Below are positions 24,292 through 31,446 of a stretch of 48,451 nucleotides of DNA, piece by piece (positions within the stretch are counted from its first letter, which is position 1; every line of letters starts with the position of its first letter). A program made the translations under genes and the position numbers. Under the pieces are notes generated by a model that was not told the origin of the DNA, made no database searches, and was given only the letters and a program-made list of their open reading frames with translations. Source of the stretch: Verrucomicrobiia bacterium (GTDB taxonomy: Bacteria > Verrucomicrobiota > Verrucomicrobiia > Limisphaerales > JADJPG01); contig DASTLJ010000153.1 in assembly GCA_035715125.1 (NCBI GenBank), positions 1 through 48,451 on the forward strand, given 5' to 3'.

Positions 24292-25962
24292 ATGAGTTTC
24301 ACGAAGTTCCTGGGACTTTGGGCGCCGGCCGTGATCGTGCTGCTGGCGCCCGCCCCCCCGTCCATGGCGGCCGACTTGGCGCCGCCGTTCGATCTGACCC
24401 GGCACGGGGCCGAAGGACGGGTACGATTGGAGGATTTCGCCGGGCAGATCGTCGTGCTGGACTTCTTTGCGTATTGGTGCGCGCCTTGCGAGCGGGCGTC
24501 CCGGGAACTGGAAGTGGGCGTGCGGCAGTATTACGCGGAGCGCAACGGCAACGCCCGCGGAGTGCCGGTGCGGGTGCTGTCCGTGAACATCGAGAAGGCA
24601 TTGCCGGAACGCACGGCGGCCTTCGTGCGACACTCCGGGGCGAGTTTGGTGGTGGATGATTTCGATGGGACGTTGTTGAAGCAGTTTGGGGCCGCGGGCA
24701 TTCCATTCCTGGTGGTGGTGGACGGCAGCGGCTTGAGACCGAACGCGCCGCAATTCAAGGTGGCTTACCAGCACGCCGGATTTGAAGGCACGCCGAATTT
24801 GCGCAGGGTGATTGACAGTCTCGGGAGCGGGGAGGAACGAGCCACGCCAGCCGCCGCGCCAGCGAGTGTCGCCCCGGCGGAGATCACCGTGGAGGCCGAC
24901 ACGGAATTCGCGTTGGCGTCGGACCTTTTCCTGACGGACAGCGGCGTCAAGTTCAGCCGGCGCACTGGCGGCACGGAGTGGGACGGGTCGGTGCGCTACG
25001 CCTCGTTCTGCGAAGACTACCGGCCGAATCCGATCGTGGATGGATTGGGTCACGCGGAGCGGCTGAACGAAGACCGCTTCAGCGGGCTGGTAAACTTGCG
25101 CCAACGCGTGGCCGAACCGCTGCAAGTCCTCGCCTCGGCCAGCGCCTACGACGGTTACCCGGACTATCGCCGCGTGTGGATTGCCAACCGGTATCGTCAG
25201 AAGTACGACGATCCCCGGTTCCCGCGCATCGCAGACTACGAAGAGCCGGACCCCAAGGGATACGGCGGGGCGGCCGGGCTGCGGTGGGAATACTTGTCGA
25301 CGGTGGCCTTCGCGGAATTGCGCCTGGGCTACCGGCACGAACAAACGGCGCCGGGCTACATCGACGTGCTCTTCACGAACTCGGTCGGTGAATTGGACGC
25401 CAAGGCCCTCCGCGGGCGCGAGCAGCTCGACAGCTACTCGGTTTCGTTTTCCTCGGAAAACGTGCTGACGCCGCGCGTGCGCGCGCTCAACGAGTTCACC
25501 CTTACCAAAACCACCGATCGCGAACTGCGCTTCGCCTACCAAGGCTCGATCAACGTGGCGTTGGGCGAACACTGGGTGGCGCGCGGCTACGGCGGCGTGA
25601 GCAAGGAAGCGCCGGGCTTCGATGCTCATTTTTTCGGCCTCACGCTGGAATACGAGGTGTTGCCCAACCTCGCGTTCCTGGTAACCGGCCGTTATTACAA
25701 GGACACGGGCGAGATCGAAAACTCGCTGGCCCTGATCAGCGACCAGGGGCCGCTGAGCGTGAGCAGCGCCGCGCCGCCGCTGACCAGTTGGGAAGCCAGC
25801 GCGGGCGTGCGTTGGTCCGTGGGCCGGTCCACCTTCCGGCTCCACGGCGGGCCGTTCTGGACGGACTACCAGCCCCGGCGCGGTTTCGGCCGCGAATTCA
25901 TTTACCTCTATGCGGATCGGAATTGGGGCCTTGCGCAGTTGACCTGGTCGGTGCAATTTTAG
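24292..25962 (+). CDS. TlpA/ResA-like thioredoxin domain fused to a beta-barrel-like (DUF3570-like?) outer-membrane domain
   Basis: ATG 24292 gives MSFTKFLGLWAPAVIVLLAPAPPSMA, a signal peptide. Redox motif: VVLDFFAYWCAPCERAS. The C-terminal ~380 aa has an alternating beta-strand pattern and ends ..GLAQLTWSVQF with a terminal aromatic residue. Confidence 0.8.
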   Translation: MSFTKFLGLWAPAVIVLLAPAPPSMAADLAPPFDLTRHGAEGRVRLEDFAGQIVVLDFFAYWCAPCERASRELEVGVRQYYAERNGNARGVPVRVLSVNIEKALPERTAAFVRHSGASLVVDDFDGTLLKQFGAAGIPFLVVVDGSGLRPNAPQFKVAYQHAGFEGTPNLRRVIDSLGSGEERATPAAAPASVAPAEITVEADTEFALASDLFLTDSGVKFSRRTGGTEWDGSVRYASFCEDYRPNPIVDGLGHAERLNEDRFSGLVNLRQRVAEPLQVLASASAYDGYPDYRRVWIANRYRQKYDDPRFPRIADYEEPDPKGYGGAAGLRWEYLSTVAFAELRLGYRHEQTAPGYIDVLFTNSVGELDAKALRGREQLDSYSVSFSSENVLTPRVRALNEFTLTKTTDRELRFAYQGSINVALGEHWVARGYGGVSKEAPGFDAHFFGLTLEYEVLPNLAFLVTGRYYKDTGEIENSLALISDQGPLSVSSAAPPLTSWEASAGVRWSVGRSTFRLHGGPFWTDYQPRRGFGREFIYLYADRNWGLAQLTWSVQF

Positions 25963-25974
25963 CAGCGTTACCTT

Positions 25975-26835
25975 ATGAAGTTTTCCACTCTTGTACCTTG
26001 CCTGGGTCTGCTCCCTTTCGCTTGCGCCGTGCTGCTGTCTGGCTCGGCGTCGGCGCAGCAGGGCGCCTATCGCATCGGCGACGTCGTTACGAACTTCTCC
26101 CTGCCAAACCGCTACCTCTGGACCAACGACAATGGCCAGATTTTTACTCCTGGCAACACGAGCTGGCGCCTGAGCGATTTCGCCGGCAAGATTGTGTTCT
26201 TCGACGTCTTCGCCTTCTGGTGACCGAATTGCCAATCGGCCATCGGTCAGATGGCCACCGGAATCCGCGATTACTACGCCGCCCGCAATGGCAACTCCAA
26301 TGGCATTCCCGTCGTGCACGTCGTCATCGACATCGCCGGCGCCACCTACGTGGGGCAAACTGACGCTTACCTGCCGCCGCGCGGGGTGCGCATTTGCGGC
26401 AACGACTGGTCGCGAACGCTGCGCAACACCTTCGCCCCGACGGGCGGCACCAACGGCCCGGACCCGCGCCCGGTGTACATCATCATCAACGGCGTCTCCA
26501 ACTCCGCCAGCCACGCCCAGTGGCAACTGCTCGAACTGCACATCGAGCCGGGAGGCGGCGCGGAGGATTACACGGCGCGCATCGCCGCGTGGCGAAACAT
26601 CATCGATTCTGTCCAAGCCCCGCCGCCGCGCCTGACGAACGTGGCACTGAACGCCGGAACGTTTCAATTCACATTCCCCGGCCAGCGCGGGCGGACGAAC
26701 CGGGTTGAATGCACGACGAACTTCGTGGACTGGACGACCGTCACGAATGCTTTCGGCACCAACGCGCCCATCACCTTCCGCGACACAAACGCGGCGGTGA
26801 ATCCGCAACGGGTTTACCGGGTGCGGCGGCTATAG
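25975..26835 (+). CDS. Candidate selenoprotein: TlpA-like thioredoxin with a U-P-N-C motif (in-frame TGA at 26221-26223) plus a C-terminal ..RVYRV module
   Basis: ORFs 25975..26223 and 26251..26835 are in the same frame, and the only stop between them is the TGA. Alignment with the upstream paralogue: DFAGKIVFFDVFAFW[TGA]PNCQSAIGQMATGIRDYYAARNGNSNGIP versus DFAGQIVVLDFFAYWCAPCERASRELEVGVRQYYAERNGNARGVP. Signal peptide: MKFSTLVPCLGLLPFACAVLLSGSASA. Confidence 0.6.
26238..26256 (+). promoter_or_regulatory. Candidate bacterial SECIS apical hairpin
   Basis: GGCCATC-GGTCA-GATGGCC: a perfect 7-bp stem and a 5-nt loop starting GGU, with the loop 22-24 nt after the TGA. The E. coli fdhF SECIS has a GGUC apical loop at a comparable distance. 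Confidence 0.5.
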
Positions 26836-26929
26836 TCTGCCGTCGCTGTGACTGCGAGGTCGCAGCGGCGCCAGAAACAGACGCGGCGAAGCCGCGGTAT
26901 GTGATTAGCCCCTCCTTCACGGACGTTCC

Positions 26930-26996
26930 CTTTGTCGGAAATTTTGTCGGAAACGCTGTCCATCGTGCGTTCGCCGACAAAGTTTCCGACAAAAAC
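26930..26996. repeat. Palindrome built from four TTGTCGGAAA units
   Basis: CTTTGTCGGAAATTTTGTCGGAAAC - 18 nt - GCCGACAAAGTTTCCGACAAAAAC. Confidence 0.75.
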
Positions 26997-27156
26997 GGCC
27001 GTTGATGAACAGATTGTGCCGCGGCGCGATGGGGATGAACTTGTGGTCCTCGGGGGCGGGGGCGTACTGCCACTGGTCGCCGAATACCCGTTTGCGCTCG
27101 CGAAGTGGCACGACAGTGCGCGCGGCCGGCCTTGGCAGTGCCGCCGGTCCGTTCAT
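26990..27156 (-). pseudogene. Possible 5' remnant of an aldehyde dehydrogenase gene
   Basis: The minus-strand translation MNGPAALPRPAARTVVPLRERKRVFGDQWQYAPAPEDHKFIPIAPRHNLFINGRF resembles the ALDH N-terminus (..YAPAPE..(K/R).(Y/H).LFI.G.F). It then runs into the TTGTCGGAAA palindrome and stops, and no ALDH body follows. Confidence 0.3.
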
Positions 27157-27427
27157 ACTTGCAACCGCGTCCGCCGGCTTGCTTGCCAACGCACGGCGCC
27201 GCGAGCGAGTGGCGGATTTCACGCCCGCGAGCGTAACCAGGATCGCCGGAATTGCCAGCACTTCAGGCGGACACGCTGCGCGCAGCCCGTGGACAGTCCA
27301 CTGTGCCGGCGCGGGCGAGGCGCCTGATGGTGGCCCTCCGCAAGGAGTTCGTGCCGGCATCGAGGTGGGGACGCCCGTTGCCCCTACCGCGATCCCTTAA
27401 GCACCGATTCCCTTGCGACTCAGAATC

Positions 27428-28507
27428 TCATCGCCCACCGCAGCCAGACTGGGCCGCTTGATTGAGCAAAGCGCGCCGCTGGGCTTCGGTGATCAGTCCC
27501 GCACGCGCAAAATCCGACGTGACTTCTTTCACCCTGTTCACGTACTCGCCGTGGCTCTTCCACGGGCCGGCACAGGGCGCTAGCTGTTCGATGCTGCAAC
27601 CGTTTGTGTTGACCAGTGCGCCGGAGGGTGTCTCAGGGCAGGCGTCTAAATAATCCGGCACGTTGTCGCCGTCGGTATCCACCGGAAGGATGTCACCTTG
27701 GGCATACTGTCCACTGAAGGGTTGATAAAAGGAAGCCACCCAGTTCCCTGCAAGCAGTGACGGCAGCACATCGTCAGGAAGGCAGATGCTGCCCTCTTGC
27801 AGACACCGAGGCAGGGAATCGAAGCCGCCCGTGGCAGGAGGCAGGTTGGTGGCCGTTGGGCCGCAATCCAGTGTGCCGAGAACCAAAAGGTGTCCTCCGC
27901 CGAACGGATCGAATGTCATCTGCTCGTCAATAACACCGAAGTAATCACCGAGGATTGCCGGAAGGTCGATTCGATAGCGCAGCAGGTGACCGCTCAAAGT
28001 GAAAGCCGCCATTCCCCACACAACGCGCGCGCGGTTTTCCACGGAAACCCGTCCGCGGAGAGTCGCTTCAAGACCGATCACGTTTGTGCCCGGGGACTCG
28101 CAGAGCGCGTTGGGTACGATTCGACCCAAGTAAAAGTCATCGACTACCACCTGAGTGCCGCCGGAACGGATCAGCGCCGCCTGCTCTGCGGTGATCGGAC
28201 CCTCGCCAAAGAAGCCACACCCGCGGTCCGCGCTACAAAACGGTCCATCGAGGGGAAAAAGGATTGCCCCATTCGGACCGCTGGCGGAAACGGCATTGAC
28301 TGTCCCGGTCGAGACGAATGTTGCCGGCGCTCCTGAAACGTCGAGAGAATAGAAGAGGTTCGTACCGGTCAATCGCAAATCTCCGCCGCCGATCAAGGCG
28401 TTTGGATCGCCAGGCAACCCAATTCTGACCGTGTAGTGTTCTGTCTGCGCACTGAAGGCACAGGTGGCGAAGCCGAAAACCAAGAGGTGAAGTACCGATA
28501 TCTTCAT
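27428..28507 (-). CDS. Secreted hypothetical protein with a thrombospondin type-3-like Ca-binding repeat
   Basis: Signal peptide MKISVLHLLVFGFATCAFSA. Contains VDTDGDNVPDYLDACPETP and a Cys-rich C-terminus. Confidence 0.65.
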   Translation of the reverse strand: MKISVLHLLVFGFATCAFSAQTEHYTVRIGLPGDPNALIGGGDLRLTGTNLFYSLDVSGAPATFVSTGTVNAVSASGPNGAILFPLDGPFCSADRGCGFFGEGPITAEQAALIRSGGTQVVVDDFYLGRIVPNALCESPGTNVIGLEATLRGRVSVENRARVVWGMAAFTLSGHLLRYRIDLPAILGDYFGVIDEQMTFDPFGGGHLLVLGTLDCGPTATNLPPATGGFDSLPRCLQEGSICLPDDVLPSLLAGNWVASFYQPFSGQYAQGDILPVDTDGDNVPDYLDACPETPSGALVNTNGCSIEQLAPCAGPWKSHGEYVNRVKEVTSDFARAGLITEAQRRALLNQAAQSGCGGR

Positions 28508-28567
28508 AGGTTTGCCGGGTTTTTGATGGTTACGTCTGATGCAAATGCCATTGGGGCCGGCAGGATT

Positions 28568-30938
28568 TCATTCGTTCGTGATCGCGCGGAAGAAGCGGGA
28601 GTTGGGGTTGGTGAGGCCGTAGTTCGTGTACCAGTAGGAAACGTAATTCGTGTGAATCGGGTACCAATTGGTTGGGCTGGCAAGATTCGTCGAGGTTTCT
28701 ATCCTGTAGGCGCGATTGGTCAGTCCGTAGAGATGGAAGTAAAAGCTGTTGCTGGTGTAGCTCAACAGGCTCAGACGCGCGGCAGAATTGCCGTGCACGA
28801 AGAGACTCGCGACGGAGCTTGTGGCAAACCCGGTCGCGTTAGAGGCGACGACCCAGTAGCTCCCCGCATTAGTCCCCGCAACGTTGCTCAGCGTGTAGGT
28901 CGCTGAGTTTGCGCCGGCGATGGAGTTTGTCGGATCGGAGGCGTTCGTGCCGCGGAATTTCCAGAAGTAAGCGAGGGTCGGGATGGCGAGGGACTTGAAT
29001 AGAGCGTCCTCCCCGACGACGACATTCGTGCCTTCGGGGTGTTGCACGAACATGGGTGCGGCGGCCTGTTCCCAGTGCAACGTGAACCCAATGCACGCCA
29101 CGTTCAGGCCGGAAACGGCGACCTGATAGGTCGTGCCAGAACTGGCGCTGAAAGAGACTGCGGGCGCACTGCCTGAGGCGTTCGTTTTGAGGGTGAGATT
29201 GCTCACATTCGTGCCGGTGTAGACGGATAGAATCAGCGGAAAGCTACTGCTTCCGCCCGTGGTGTCAAACGTGACGTCTCCGCTGGCTGGGGCGACCCAG
29301 CGATACCAAACCGACGGCGTGTTTGTGCCGGAACCGTGCAGCGGTTCCCCTGTCTCCATCGTGGCCCGGATGACAGTCCCGTTGGTCGTGCCCGACGAGT
29401 TGCTGATCGCGAAAGCGTTTGTGAAGGAATCGTTGGCGGGCACGGGCAGTGCAATCTTTCCCCACCAGGTGCCCCAACGGCTGCCAGGCGCACGAGCGTA
29501 CTCTTGTAGGGTCCAAAAGTCAGTGTCGTTGGCGGGGTCAACCACAGTGGAACTGTAGTCGCCCCATCGGTTCCGCAGTTGAGAATCGGCACGTAGGAAG
29601 TTGGCTTCTCCGGCTTTCAGAACCGTGTCGCTCCGTACGGTAAGCGGCGAATCACAGTAATCGCGAAACGAATAATTGCCGCTGATCCATTGGATCGACG
29701 AGAAGCGCGAATAGCCGATCAGCACGTCGTTGAACCGGTTTACTGCGATGCTGGGATAAGCAAAAGACGTGTCGTCAGTGAGTTTCTCAATTCTGCTGAT
29801 CGGTTGCGCGATGAAGTTTCGCAAAGGGATCTGCCACCACTGCACGATTGTTCGTTCGAGGTCGACAGCGGGGCCATAGGGAAGAAAGATGTGATGCGCG
29901 CACCAGAGAAAACCATTCCGCTGGATCACGGGTGATGAGATCCGATCATCAGCCGCAAATACCCTCGTATATGAGCCGTTTGTTATGGCCTGAAACAGAA
30001 AATTGACGTTGCCATCGTTCCGCACCCAAGCCATATTCGTTGCAACTGCCGGGAAATTCGTCGTTCGCCACCAACTGTTCACCGCCGATTTGGCCCGTCA
30101 AGGCATAGACCCGCAACGCGTTGGTGTTCCACGTTGTCAACAGGTGCATGTTGGTAACCGTGTCGTCGTAAACCAGGCTCGGCGCCAGCGCGAACGCCTT
30201 CGGAGCGTTGGTCTCCGCCCTCAGAATTGTGGGGGCATTCGTCCCCCCCGCGTAAAAGTTGGTCTTGTTGAACACCCAGAGCCGCACGAAGTGGAAATCA
30301 GACTCCGCGCTACTGCCTGTGAGGTACATGTTCGCGGTGACCACGATCCAATTCTTGTTGAAGCCTACCATCGGGAAGTCACCCCAGCGCGTGTGGTTCG
30401 TATCGGCATCGAGCTTCCTTTGATACCAAGTGCCCGTGGGATCACTGGTCTGCGAAACAGCCACGAGCAGCGAGGCATCGCTCAGCTTCTGATTCCCTGC
30501 CGCAGTGGCAATCCACCTTCCTGCATACGGATCATAAACAATTCGCGGATCAAAAGGCTTGGTTGCAGAGAATCCCCACCAGTTCGAGAGCGTCGTCGTC
30601 AAGTTCGTCCCGCCCTGTCTATCTTGGATACGAACGAGCGAGTTGAGCATCGTCACGACATTGCTGGGTCCGACGGCCCCTTGTGTGTCTGGTGGGACAC
30701 CGGCCGGGGCCCCATCGTCCGCAATCGCCAGAAAGTTCGTTGCCGTGGCAGGTGACGGAGGAGGTTCACTGGCGGGAATAAAGGGCGGCCTTCCAATGGC
30801 GAAGCGCAAGACTGCATCCTCCGGGAAAGCGTTGGTTGTCGGTCCGGCCCCGAATGGAATTTCTTCATCATCAGCACGGCAGGGTGCGGAGAAAGACAAC
30901 AACCCCAAGAAGGACATCAGGAGCGCGAGTTTTTTCAT
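28568..30938 (-). pseudogene. Frameshifted secreted beta-propeller-like protein (ORFs 29949..30938 and 28568..30082)
   Basis: The upstream ORF has a signal peptide (MKKLALLMSFLGLLSFSAPCRA) but no C-terminal module. The downstream ORF has no signal peptide but carries WGDYSSTVVDPANDTDFWTLQEYA, a GEPLH..WYRWVAP domain and a C-terminal ..SRFFRAI module. The two frames differ by 1 nt and overlap by 134 nt. Confidence 0.6.
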
Positions 30939-31033
30939 GGCGTTTGGCGTCGATCAAGACTCTCGCGCCCTGACCATCTCAAAGGCAAGATCAAAATAAA
31001 CCCATGTTGGGTGTGGTTGGTTTCTGAGCCGGT

Positions 31034-31273
31034 TTGCTTCTGTTGCGGCTTGTGCCGCACGTTCCGCGTCAGCGAAAGCTCCTTGGCGAGTCGATCCGAA
31101 GATACCGGGAGGGGGCCGGCTTGAGCCAGGAGCAGCTCGCGGAGAAGGCGGAGCTCCATCCCGTTTACGTGGGCAAAATCGAACGCGGAGAACAGTGGAT
31201 CAGCCTGCATGCCCTTTTGCGGATCGCCGCCGCATTGGACGTGCGAGTGCGCGAACTGGTGAAGCATCTCTAG
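31034..31273 (+). CDS. XRE-family helix-turn-helix transcriptional regulator
   Basis: Contains LGESIRRYREGAGLSQEQLAEKAELHPVYVGKIERGEQWISLHALLRIAAAL. It is divergent from the 30938 gene. A GTG a few codons downstream is an alternative start. Confidence 0.8.
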   Translation: MLLLRLVPHVPRQRKLLGESIRRYREGAGLSQEQLAEKAELHPVYVGKIERGEQWISLHALLRIAAALDVRVRELVKHL

Positions 31274-31446
31274 TCTCTAAATCCATCCCGGCGGGTGTTA
31301 GATTGGGGGCCCTGCCAATCAGACAGGTCACACCGGGGTGTCACTTAATCCCCTCGGAATCGTGCGCGATGCGGTCGGCGCCGCAAGGACGGGGTGGTTT
31401 TCTTAGCAGCCCGCCAGGTTCATTCATCCGGCAATGAGGCGACCCT

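Noticed and set aside
24211-26808. 865-aa minus-strand ORF spanning the redox operon
   Set aside because: Its composition is extremely rich in Arg, Gly, Val and His. It has no recognisable motifs and is exactly antisense to three plus-strand genes with clear family signatures. It is a typical high-GC shadow ORF.
27104-27119. TGGCACGACAGTGCGC on the plus strand
   Set aside because: The GG-to-GC spacing is one nucleotide short of the sigma-54 consensus, and no plus-strand gene follows it.
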